Of a stretch of 64,000 nt of DNA, positions 12,391 through 24,696 are shown piece after piece. Origin of the DNA: Octopus vulgaris (Eukaryota); NCBI GenBank assembly GCA_951406725.2, contig OX597822.1, forward strand, positions 7,564,001 to 7,628,000, written 5' to 3'. The position numbers and the translations under genes were made by a program. The number at the start of each line of letters is the position of its first letter. Position 1 is the first letter of the stretch. The notes under the pieces are model-generated. The model worked only from the letters and a program-made list of their open reading frames with translations, had not been told where the DNA came from and did no database searches.

Positions 12391-14184
12391 TTATATATAT
12401 ATATATATATACCTTCATTAAATGTTATCATCATTTCAAAAGTCAATTTTTGAATATGTCCTTTCGTTGAACAAGCGATGCGTATGAAATGCAGGCAGTA
12501 TTTCCGCAAATGCTGTGTATATCTCAGGGTACGCTTCTAGATATTTTGATAGGGTATCCACCAAATTTAGACAGATATCGTTGTATTTTCAAAAGGTTAT
12601 ATCCATTAATAATTCTTTGTTTCTGGGCAAATTGTGTCAAGCATTTGCTCTGCGTAATCTATAAATCTGGTGAAGCTTTGGTATAAATTTACTCAAAATG
12701 TTTGTTATTCGTCAATAAACTGTGCTGAAATTAACACTTAATAGATATAACAGGTATGCGTGATATTGATTCGTATAATCTGTATATGGATCTTGGTTAA
12801 TTTCAAGAGAGAAAAGGTATTTCCAAGCAAGGCATTCACTAAGAATTTGGCGTCAACATTCAGTCCTCCAGTAAACCATGACGGCCTTTTGTTCTCTATA
12901 TTTCCCCTAGGAGCTTATTGGCTTTAAATATAAATGCTCCTCATATTATATAACGGTACCTTATATTCCCAATTTTAATTTTTATTCACTTCCTTCTTTT
13001 CATTTCATAGTTTTTTTTTAAATCTTGAATGCATCGAAGTGGTGTTTGGCCATTAAGCCTCATGAATATACGAGCGATTGCTTGACTGAAGATACTGTAA
13101 GGTTAGTATAGCTGATAGTGATTAGTCTATAAAAGTTTATAAGTTGGAGACCTATTTGATTCTGCATAGCGTGTAAATGATATTACTTATAATGCAAGAA
13201 TTATGTAATCGCCTTATGCACTTTTGCACTTTAATGTAATGTCTCCACCCATATACTTATTACCGTATCACTGCCATTGTAATTTCATACTGTAGTTTAT
13301 TTTTCGTGACATTTAAATTAACATTAACTTATTCATCTAACATGCATACTTTAAATATTGTGTGTTGCACTATATCAAGTCCATGGATTTCTGTGTATAC
13401 ACAGAAGACATCTTAGATTCCATTTGCAGTGCCTTTTCTTTACGTTGAATTTGATATCAGTACTGTAATAGATGAATAATTAATATCAAGTTATCGTAGC
13501 ATATAAAACTCCACAGTACTCTGTAACGAATCATATACAATCATCTGGTTAAAATCATTACAACGTATGTAATGTACTGCAACGATTTTCCTTCATATCA
13601 TCAACTGAACAATTCGAATTCGATTCAACTAATATCTACAACAGTCCGCGTACGTGTATTTCTTCTTGTTTTTTTTTATGACTTGTCACTCAATCTGACA
13701 GAAACGCCCAGGACGTTTACATTCAAATTATGAAGAGAGAATGGGTGCTAATAATATAATCATAACAATATTATGACTAACCTTAAAGTATTCGACAATC
13801 ACTGCAGAAATGTATTCTGGCATAATGTAACGGACTAACAAATCTCTTTACGAACCAACAATCAATGTTGTTTGTGAACCGACACCTTCGAACTTCATTG
13901 CGAAATAACACGAATTCCATTTGAATCCGAACTCTCAACCTCTAAATCACTTGGATGGTTACTACTTATACTTTACTCGGGCCAGTCTATCTGCCGCAAG
14001 GTGGCATCGCAGCTCCCATCGCAACAGAAACAACAGCCCATTTCTTTTAACAAAAGATTATTGTATGGTTTTGTCAATCTGAAACAAATTTCCACATATC
14101 TATACACATTTTGAAAGAATATGAAATGCGTATATGGACACTGTTTCTTCCGAGGTGTGACATATATTACCAGAAAAAGGTAGT

Positions 14185-14385
14185 GAGCTGCTACAATCCT
14201 TAGCACGCAGAGCAAAATGCTTAGCGGCATTTCGTTCGTCTTTACTTTTTGTATTCACATTCCACCGAGATAGAATTTAACTGTCATCCTTTCGGGTACG
14301 ATAAAATAAGCATCAGTTGAGCATTGGCGTAGACCTACTCTCTCCTATGAACTTGCCAGCCTTGTTCCACAATTTAAAACCAATA
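14185..14385 (+). mobile_element. SINE family S1, diverged
   Basis: gtgagctg...ttagcacg...aaatgcttagcggcatttcg...tcatcctttcggg...gataaaataag aligns with the S1 copy at 46329. Confidence 0.75.
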
Positions 14386-15877
14386 TATTTTGTTACAATA
14401 AATCCATAAGTATAAGTCATATATCAATTATTTATAATATATTATAACAATGCTGAACATTATGCAGACTAGCTAAATTTAATATTTATTGTAATTCGTT
14501 ACTTTGATAAGAAATACTAAATTTGGAGATGCGCAAATAATTGCATTGTATTTTATTTTAATTACGTAAATAAAAGCATTTTTCTCAGCACAACAGGAAA
14601 GTCTGCCAGGAACCAAATGTAATAACTCAATGTAAAGACCTTACCCATAGCGTAAAATGTCACTGCGCAGACTTGGAACTAGGACGGTCTAAGCTTAATA
14701 CATAATGCATCTAAATGAACCAATAATAATTTAGATAACAAGTCTCAGATTTGGAACATTGGCACTATGCATGATGCAGTCACTTTTATATTCAAGAATT
14801 GCAAACGTATGCTTCTTAGGTATTTGAACTCCTATTTCCAGTTAAATGTTCATTAAGTTTTAGTATCATAATTATATATCATGCTGCTATATATTTGTGG
14901 TAACATAATTTCTAATATTTATAAATCTTATGTTCAGTATCACGACAATATATTCATAGGAATATCAATACTACAGACGATATCAAAACTATAAACAGAT
15001 GATAAAATTATTTTATTAATGTAGTAAAGTATAGTAAACTATGGCTTAAAATAAGTGATACTGAGTTTTGAGTATTATGCAACTAAACATTAACATATAT
15101 ATCTCGGAAATAAAATTGTCTCAAGACGGCTTAAATTTACATATAAATTTCGAATTACAATAATTTCAAAATTATACTAATATAAATATAAGAGACAAAT
15201 TTATTATTTACCACTATGATTCTACACGATAAGCTTGGGAAGTTGAAGCCTTGAACGAAATATATGACGTACAAGAGCATCAAGAACATTCATATACAGC
15301 CCTTATAAGTGGTTATATTAACGATGTCTTCCACTTCTCGAAATGCAACACGTAAAGCAAGATATTAATATTATCATAAAAAATCACAACGATATATAAA
15401 TAACAAATGTGTAGAAAAACATGATCTCCAGATAATAGTATTTTTGCAATTGATAATGATTACAATGTATACATAATTTCTTTCAAGCATTGTCTCATGA
15501 TATCGATGTCATTTTCATCCAAGCCAAATGAGAGAGAGAGAGCTGATGTTTTTGAATTGGTATACAGAAATGCATTACAAATATTTTATACTGTTAGTAC
15601 TCAGTTTAAAATATGATAGTCAAAAACACAAATAAAATTTCAATACATTTTCTCAAATAGCAAGCACTCATAAATTATAATTTTTTTTAAATGCACAGTT
15701 TCTGAAGTGATTCTTCAAATAACGGCCATGTTAAAATCATAAATGGATGTGAAAAGAGGGTATCACGACACTATTTTCACTATTTTACTAGAGGCTTATA
15801 ATAGTTTTTTTTTTATTACGTTGAAAATGAAAAGTTCACAACTACCTATTCATATTACTAAAGTTCCTTTTTCATTT

Positions 15878-16078
15878 AGTTCTATATTTAAAAGATGAGA
15901 TATTATGTACATTTTTTACATTCTTTATATTATTTACATTCGACGGATCTTTGTCCTCATCTTGTTTGTTATTAACACATTAACACACCGTTTCGACTGG
16001 TATACCCTCCAACATTCATCAGGTGTCTTGGGGAAATTTGGAACCTGGGTTTTCATTCCTAAGGTATTTTTCGATGTT
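15878..16078 (-). mobile_element. Penelope 3' pLTR (family H1) with degenerate hammerhead motif at 15982-16029
   Basis: Homologous to 7582-7765. Minus strand reads aagacac-CTGATGA-atgttggagggtataccagtc-GAAA-cg-gt-gtgtt. Orientation is the same as the adjacent PLE ORF. Confidence 0.8.
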
Positions 16079-16079
16079 G

Positions 16080-16157
<78 letters not shown>

Positions 16158-16169
16158 TTATTATTATTG

Positions 16170-16598
16170 AGTGAGAGAGCAGTGCATGACATCAAAGTGA
16201 CACTGGGGTAAAATATACGAAGCCCAATATACCCATCATGACTACCCGTCTGATAAGGGTACACCAGGCACATGCATCACAACCATATGTGCGCAACATG
16301 GTGATCTCATATCAAGATAAACAGCACATGACCTCGCAGGTGGGGCCCAGTTAGAATTTTCTTCAGGTTGAGTAGCCCATCCCGCTCAAAAGGTCTCTGA
16401 ATAAGGGTTGTTTAAGGATGTTGAAAGAACCACCCATGTTTCCAGAGGTGAATTATTCAAACCCCAAAGAATCCCCCCCAACACATGGCCATGATACTCC
16501 CCCACTACTTCTGCTCGTGATCAGAGATGCACATATCGTCAGCCACTAAGGGACATGCTCAACTGGTTAAGGTCAAACAACTGACAAGCAAATCTGTA
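16170..16598 (-). mobile_element. Unclassified repeat with (AAT)n tail, probably the 3' end of a non-LTR retroelement, inserted into the Penelope element
   Basis: A second copy lies at 10805-11190. The minus-strand 3' end runs into aataataat. It abuts the broken GIY-YIG motif at ~16600. Confidence 0.65.
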
Positions 16599-18260
16599 TG
16601 TTTCGCCTTTGTATAACCTATCACAGCTGCTTGAGATGGAGTACACGCAGTTTTTGGTCATATTCTCTTCTATTGGTTGTTTTACCCGAAGAAGATATTT
16701 GCGAAGCGTTGTATTACTCTTAAAGACTGTCCTGATGTTATATGGATCGCAAATCGTTTTTTGTGTGTGTATCCTTTCGGAGAGGCTTTCATATAAGGTA
16801 GAAAGTCTGTAGACAGTTTATTGGTTTTAACCGCTCTTTTCTTCATGATTGGAATAGATAGTATGTTTTGGGGGTAATTGTTGCTTAATAGATTGTTACT
16901 GAGCTTGTTCATTTCTTCGTCGTGGGTATTACGATCGCTACTTATGTTCTTTGCTCGATGTTTTAGGCACTGAGCAATTCCTCTCTTTACACTGTATGGA
17001 TGGCGGTAATTGAAGTCAATCTATCGTCTACTGAAGGTCGGCTTGCGGTATATGGATGTCCTGAATCCATACTTGGTGTGTTTTATTAATACGTCCAGGA
17101 ATGCTAGCTGATTGTCTTTTTTCTTTTCCATTGTGAACTGTATGGATGGCTTTATTGAGTCCACATGATGTGACAGCACTTGGACATCTTCCTGGTGGGG
17201 TCAAAGAATAAAGGTCAAGGAATAAAGAATATCTTAGCCATAGGGTTGGTTTTAATGGTGTTGATCCTAAAGCCACATTTTCAAAGAATTCCATGTATGT
17301 ATTGGTTCTTACCGGTGATAATGGCGAACCGATTACTAAACACTCTTCCTGTCGATATATATCAGTGTTCATACTGAAATAGGTAGTTTCTACACAAAAC
17401 GTCAAAATTTCCATCAATTTTCCTTTTTGGTAAACTAATGCGTTCTTTTAGATGGGTGTCTGTTGTTCTTGAATTACCGATAGTGCTTCAAAGTTGGGAC
17501 TTTGGTAAACAGAATTATCATAACTAGACTCATTACCTGGTTTAATCCAATGGGGGGGGGTATCCTTGATCAATTCTGTGAAGTGGACGGAATTCTTCAC
17601 GTGCTATGTTGACCTTCCTGCTAATGGACTGATTATATCCACAAGGAAGCAGCTCAGTGGGTGACATGCTGAACCTCTACAGCGCACTATAGGTCTTAAT
17701 GGAATACCATCCTTTTGAATCTTAGGAAGACCTTACATGTGTGGTAGTTTACTGTAGTGTTGAGTCAGTTGTCTGTACTTCATCGGTGTAAAGTGATCCT
17801 TGTTCTTGATCAAGATCTAAGACAACTTCCTCTCTGTTTTTCAGAGTTCAGACTTTCTTTACTTTGCTGTAGCTACCTTTACTTCTAAGACTTGCCATTT
17901 TTTCCGAGTAGTCAGACTTGTTCATCACTATTGTAGCATTTCCCTTGTCTGCTGGAAGTATTATGATGGAATTGTCACTCTGTAGTCTTTTGATAGCAAA
18001 CGTTTCTTCCTTAGTGATGTTTGGTTTGGGAAGTTTCACTTTTTCTAGTACCTGTCTCACTTTCCACTTTAGTTTATCTCCCTGAGCTTTTGGTATCTTT
18101 ACGGCTATCTCTTTCAATAGGGGCTATTATGTCCAAGTGTGGAATGCGCTTGTTGGTTGTCGCAAAGCAGAGACCTTTGTTTAGTACTGCTTCTTCAGAG
18201 GTTCCTAGATGTAAGTTACTTACATTAATTACTGCTTTCACAGGTGGCTGACGGACTTCA
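16599..18260 (-). mobile_element. Penelope-like retroelement ORF (RT plus start of GIY-YIG), pseudogenised
   Basis: VINVSNLHL..EEAVLNKGLCFA, IIILPADKGNATIVMNKSDY, GLPKIQKDGIPLRPIV, GSPLSPV..N.YME.FE, WLRY, FTMEKE..NQLAFLDVLI, IYRKPT, and NCVYSISSSCDRLYKGET (GIY-YIG). Multiple stops and frameshifts. Confidence 0.92.
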
Positions 18261-18261
18261 T

Positions 18262-18363
18262 AATGAAGCCTGGAAGGTAAATCAGCAGACACGTTGGGTT
18301 AACAACAAACTAGATGAGGACAAATATTCGTCAAATATAAAAAATATAAATAATGTAAATAAT
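18262..18363 (+). mobile_element. Inverted partial pLTR (family H1) at the 5' side of the Penelope ORF
   Basis: aatgaagcctggaaggtaaatcagcagacacgttgggttaacaacaaactagatgaggacaaatattcgtc is a decayed copy of 8130-8226. Confidence 0.8.
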
Positions 18364-18894
18364 GCCCTTTTTATTGTATAAAATACGATCATTGATGAGA
18401 AATTCTAATAAAATATTTGAAAATATCTTCCCATCTTCTCACTTGATGGCACATTGTATTGCTTGCTAACATGTAGTTCACATATGTCTTTTACAAAAAT
18501 TAATCGCAACCCTAGATTGAAAATATAAAATGACTTTTTTAAAATACGTTGTGTATACAAAAATGTTATGCCGTGGAAACAGATTCCTGTAGAATAGATG
18601 CCACTTAAATGTCCTCTACTTCTGTTAGGAAGTTGCACTGCAATCTACAGAAGGCTGTGAGTATAACTAAACCTAACTAGAAATTACATGAATATAAACT
18701 TCAAATGTTTCTTTCTAAAATAACACTACCGGCATATGCATCAGCGCAGTGTAAACATGTTTACTTAAGAAAAAGGTACCCAAACCAATGAACATGATAG
18801 ATAAATTGCATTATTCGACAATCCGAATGCTTGCTGCAGTTAGGTAACTAATCTCTTCGGTATTTCAGCCTGAAACTCTTTGTGGGGATTGTAT

Positions 18895-19386
<492 letters not shown>

Positions 19387-20171
19387 TATGTCACTCTTTT
19401 GTTACTTTCACCGAGGATTTATTTAATACAAATCACTGCAATGTAAAAGCAAGGTCTTCATATAAGTCACAGTATTTTACGCAGTTACTTTTATGATGCA
19501 TTGCAATTCAAATGTAACAGCTTGGTTTAAAATGACAAACTTCCACTGCAGTGAAAATTGATATTGTTAGGAAGTGAGAATATTGTGCAACAACATATTA
19601 ATATCAAAGCAGACATGAACAACAAAAGGCGCACCAACATTAAAAAATATATATATATTAAGATACGCCTTACCTTATTTCATTGAATTCCAGTAAAGAT
19701 AAATAAATGCATTCTACACAGCACAGAAGATATATTGTCATAATGGAATTTACAATAGTATTTTCCTACAGAAAATTTGAAACCGGCCGATTTGTAAGGC
19801 TGTATGTAAAATGATATTCAGAATTTTCGGCATGTATACAGATATTGTGACTAATTGTAAGTGAACGTTGATGGGCGAGTGAATTTCACTCACGTCTCAA
19901 GCGATATTTTTTATATCTGGACTGATTAGATAACAAGATGAGGTAGGACAACAGAGGACAGAGCATTCAGTAGTTCTGCGTCACTCTTCACCAGAAGCCT
20001 TGATTAATGTGAACGCTTATTTCCTGAATTTTACAATTTTGCTTCCATCAATAAAGGGCGTCTCATTTTATGGAACTATTGCAATGATGAGATTTATATA
20101 TGCAGCACAGCGCCGAGGTTTCGCGTTGCTTCAGCGTGAATATGTTTCCGGAGAGGGAAATTACACGGCTG

Positions 20172-20204
<33 letters not shown>

Positions 20205-20212
<8 letters not shown>

Positions 20213-20408
20213 AATATTAGGGAATAAATCCAAATTTACAGGGAAAAATCAGATTTAGGATTGAATCCAATTTTATAGTAAAATATTATATTATATTAAA
20301 TTAGAGACAAAACCACTATTATGCAAATCAAACCAAGAAAGACTTAAGCCAATACGTAAAATATTTTATATAATTTGTTTGATTTGCATAATAGTGGTTT
20401 TGTCTCTA

Positions 20409-20412
<4 letters not shown>
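20205..20412 (-). mobile_element. Family H3 terminal fragment with a 35-bp internal inverted repeat, flanked by (TA)n
   Basis: Reverse complement of ~12230-12390. aattagagacaaaaccactattatgcaaatcaaac (20299-20333) is inverted at 20377-20411. Confidence 0.75.
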
Positions 20413-20464
<52 letters not shown>

Positions 20465-20584
20465 CAGTTGCATCCTCGTTACACGAGAAAAGCCATTGCC
20501 AAGAAGACTTACTGAAATGGTTCATGATTATTGCCATGTGATGCGTTATATGTTTTTAACTCCGGCTGATCTTTAAAAAATTAT

Positions 20585-21110
20585 ATTACATATTAGACAA
20601 CTGTGATGGCTGGCACAAGGAAACAGGTGCCACCATATGCACTCTCGTAACATGTCTTTTTAGACCTCCAACTGAGAGGCACACCCTTCCACATTTTACA
20701 CACGTTCTGTTATGAATTTTAATAGCCACATCATTGTTTATCATGAGTCGATTTTTATGAGAATTTTGATGATTCACCAGGCGTGTACGACGCAAACACG
20801 TCGCTCACAAGCCGCACACATACGAAGCAACACTTTCTCACTCTCCACAGGTCCCCATCCTTTCTAAGCCTCCTCCTAATTCTCTCATAATTCAATCTCC
20901 CCCTCTCAAACTTTGAACAAACATCATGCACTGTCTTCCTCCATCCATGACCGTGCTGTGCCTCCCTCTCCCAATTACCAGCTGCAGTTCCTGTCAGTAT
21001 TTGAGCATCTTTAAGGCAACCCTTAAACCTTAGTGTAGGCATATTCGCTGGTCGCCTGCCATCTTCCAGCTGACCATAAAATAGCTGCCTAGCAGTCGCT
21101 CATCATCCAT
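20585..21110 (-). mobile_element. RTE-clade LINE 3' fragment (post-RT region and C2H2-like finger)
   Basis: RLLGSYFMVS or, frame-shifted, QLFYGQLEDGRRP..PTLRFKGCLK...NWEREAQ...WRKTVH, followed by CVKCGRVCLSVGGLKRH. This is typical of RTE C-termini. Confidence 0.8.
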
Positions 21111-21210
21111 CCTTACCAAATGCTCCCCCCCCCAATCAAACGTCTTTGCAAAATCATTGATTCTATACTTCTACTTCCAATCCACTCAAGCATCTCCACA
21201 ATACTAATGG

Positions 21211-21323
<113 letters not shown>

Positions 21324-21792
21324 TAGATAGATACATACATACATACATACATACATAAATACATATATAAATAAATGTGTATGTATATATATATATATAT
21401 ATATTTATGTGTGTATTTGCGCGTGTAGAATTGGAGAGGATTCGCGAGTGTCATTTGTGTATGCTTGTATGTATGGGAGTGTTGGTGAGAAAGGTTTTAG
21501 GGTCCGACTTCAAATCAACCCCAGTATGTATGGGCCTCTCATACGTAGGAAAAGGAAAGATACAAGGAAGGGAAAACGGAGGAAAAAATCGCCAGCGATT
21601 TTAAAGGCGGTCACATTTTGAATCAATATATATATATATATAAAAGACCACTATGTGGTCAGCCATATGCTAGAAGTAGATCACCTGCGATCAAACTACA
21701 AAGAAAAGAATGTTCTCTAGAGAAAAATTCAGCAGACACCAGAACAATATGCGGGCAAGACAAATGAAAATTATATAAAAAAAACAAGAATT

Positions 21793-21870
21793 AATCGCAG
21801 ACCTAGGTTTCGCCTATTACCGAAAGAATCACTTATGTAATCCTCATCCGTACGGCTCGTCAGTACGATC
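21793..21870 (-). ncRNA. Type-I hammerhead ribozyme with intact core (H2)
   Basis: Minus strand: GATCGTA-CTGACGA-GCC[gtacggat gaggattac ataa gtgattctt tcggtaata]GGC-GAAA-CCTAGG-TC-TGCGATT. Stem I has 7 bp, stem II is GCC/GGC plus a 9-bp distal hairpin, stem III is palindromic, and the triplet is GUC. Confidence 0.88.
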
Positions 21871-22204
21871 GTTCCACTAGCCCTTTAAATATATACACAT
21901 GTATTAGAATTATCTCAGATTCTTCAGAATTTTGTATGCTAGGATACTGCTTTTAAATTGATATTAATTAAATTAATATTCAACTTATCTCCCTTAATAT
22001 TTAAATGTTAAAATAAATATGTTCTCTAATAGGCAGCATTAAATGCAGTAAATTATTTACTGCAGATTTTGTTTCCGGAATTTTAGCGCGCCAGAACTCA
22101 GACATTTGAAATTAACCCCAATATAATCGGTGAAACTAAGCACGCGTCTGTTTTTTATACGGAAAACTGGTGATTAGTTTTACAAATTATATTACCTGTG
22201 GAAC

Positions 22205-22283
22205 GATCGTACTGACGAGTTCTACGGACGAGGGATTGCGTAAGTGATTCATTCGTTAATAGGCGAAACCTAGGTCTGCGATT
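22205..22283 (+). ncRNA. Type-I hammerhead ribozyme with intact core and weakened stem II (H2)
   Basis: GATCGTA-CTGACGA-GTT...GGC-GAAA-CCTAGG-TC-TGCGATT. Predicted cleavage is after C22276. Confidence 0.8.
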
Positions 22284-22566
22284 AATTCTTGTTTTTTTAT
22301 ATAATTTTCATTTGTCTTGCCCAAATATTGTTCTGGTGTCCGCTGAATTTTTCTCTAGAGAACATTCTTCTCTTTGTAGTTTGATCGCAGGTGATCTACT
22401 TCTAGCATATGGCTGACCACATAGTGGTCTTTTAGCCCTTTAAATATATACACATGTATTAGAATTTTCTCTGATTCTTCAGATTTTTGTATGCTAGGCT
22501 ACTGGTTTTAATTTGATATTAAATTAATATTCAATTTACCTCACTCATTATTTACATTATATATAC

Positions 22567-22644
<78 letters not shown>

Positions 22645-23859
22645 GTATGCGCATCTATACACGTGTAATGTTGTATGCTTGTCTAAGTGTATATGTGTGC
22701 ATTGTGTGTATGTATTTGCGTGCATATGTGTGTGTGCTTGAATTGTCTTCCTGTATATAGATTCGTTGCACTGTCGTTCTCCCATAATCTTGTGTAAGTT
22801 TCTCCGTAGTACAATTTAGAATACTGTAAATTATTAAGAATTATAATGGAGGAAATTTCTTTGTAAATAATTGAAGTGAACTTAACATTTGCTTATCATA
22901 TTGTATCTAAACAGTGATTCATCACATGTGACTTAACTGAAATCAAACGTGTGTTAAGCATTATTACGTTTTAAAATTTGCTTCAATTTGTAGAAGGAGA
23001 AAAGCTTCACTTGATATCCTAACATCATATATTAGATGAAATATGCAGGAAATCAGACTTTTATATTGGCGAAGCAATTTATCTTCACACAATACCTTTC
23101 AATAATACAATATTCTCACAATTTATCAAATTACTGATTAATGTCTTTCTCTATACAACATTTTCAAGTTGTATTTGATTTAAACTTATATCCATTGTGA
23201 AGGATACCAATAATCAATACAGACCTTTCACTTATGCAATACGTTCTTTCGTCTTGTTGATGTTAAATATATCTCAGTTAATACAGATGCCGTTGCTTTT
23301 TATTGATTTATTTCATGAATTCTTGTTTAGTCAAATTCTCATTAACTGATATCTATAGAAACCGAGGGAATTTTCTATAAATATTACCTTATCGTTTTCC
23401 AACTTAAGCAACTTTATGCTATACACTTTACGGGACAATGGTCCAGTGATAGATCACAGAATCTAGAAATTGTAGAATATGGCTTCAAATGGCATTTTTA
23501 TATCAGATTTGACTACATTTTCAATATCAAAAATTGCATGTTATCTAAGTTTATGTAGGTTCAAATCGGATGTTATACGAATCTAATTTTTTCATCAGTC
23601 ACGTTGTTAATAGGTAAGTTTTTTAATTACAATAACATAGAAAATGTAATGTTGAAGAGATATAGATGTGTGGTTCATTTCGCAAGATGTAGTTTTGCAT
23701 TTGAACTCACTATGCAACACAATATGCAAGTGAGGTTGTGTTGCAGCCACTGGGGTTTTCGGTGTGGAATTTATAAAATAGATAAATAGCGAACTAGATG
23801 GATAGATGCAAACACACAAACACAGGCACACACACACGCACGCACACACACATACACAC

Positions 23860-23914
<55 letters not shown>

Positions 23915-23924
23915 CATATATATA

Positions 23925-24100
23925 GGGAGAGTTTACGAAAAAAAGGGAAGACGAAGACAGGTGGTGTACGAAACAAACAGATTTATTAGTATAACACGCA
24001 GGAATAGAAAAAGTATTTTACGTTTCGAGCCTACGCTCTTCTACAGAAAGGGACACAGAAAAAAACAAGGAGAGAAAAAAATGTGTAGTGGCTAACGATC
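23925..24100 (-). mobile_element. ~175-bp element between (TA)n arrays with a minimal hammerhead-like motif at 24016-24050 (family H4)
   Basis: Minus strand reads TTT-CTGTAGA-A-GAGC(gtag)GCTC-GAAA-CG-TA-AAA. Related sequence is at 59075-59185 and 5376-5410. Confidence 0.6.
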
Positions 24101-24125
24101 TATATATATGTGTATATATATATAT

Positions 24126-24223
<98 letters not shown>

Positions 24224-24380
24224 ACTTATGCTAAAGTACTTTTATCATATAAAGTCATTGATACTTTTTCAAATATATATATATATATATTAACATAAAC
24301 AGCAGTTTATACACCGAAAGGAAGAATTGAAAATGGTATATATATAGGCAGGAAACACCTACATGGCTAAAAATAAGAGC

Positions 24381-24421
<41 letters not shown>

Positions 24422-24623
24422 TTACATATATATGCATATAAAGAAAATAAGTCATATGGAGAAACATACCTAAATCAATCATCAACCATCAGATAATACC
24501 CAATCAATACTTTATTAAACCATTAAACAACACAATGACATTATACAAAATATATTACAAATATAACTAGACATAGAAATAGGAATAGAAAATAAAAAAA
24601 TACAATTACATCGTAGCTGACAG

Positions 24624-24679
<56 letters not shown>

Positions 24680-24696
24680 ATATATATATATACATT

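Larger units (their letters stand above)
21641..22545. mobile_element. Non-autonomous Penelope-like or retrozyme element with A'-B-C-A-B architecture (family H2)
   Basis: 21641-21877 is the reverse complement of 22198-22434, and 21878-~21990 is directly repeated at 22433-~22545. It has no ORF and lies between (TA)n arrays. Confidence 0.85.
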
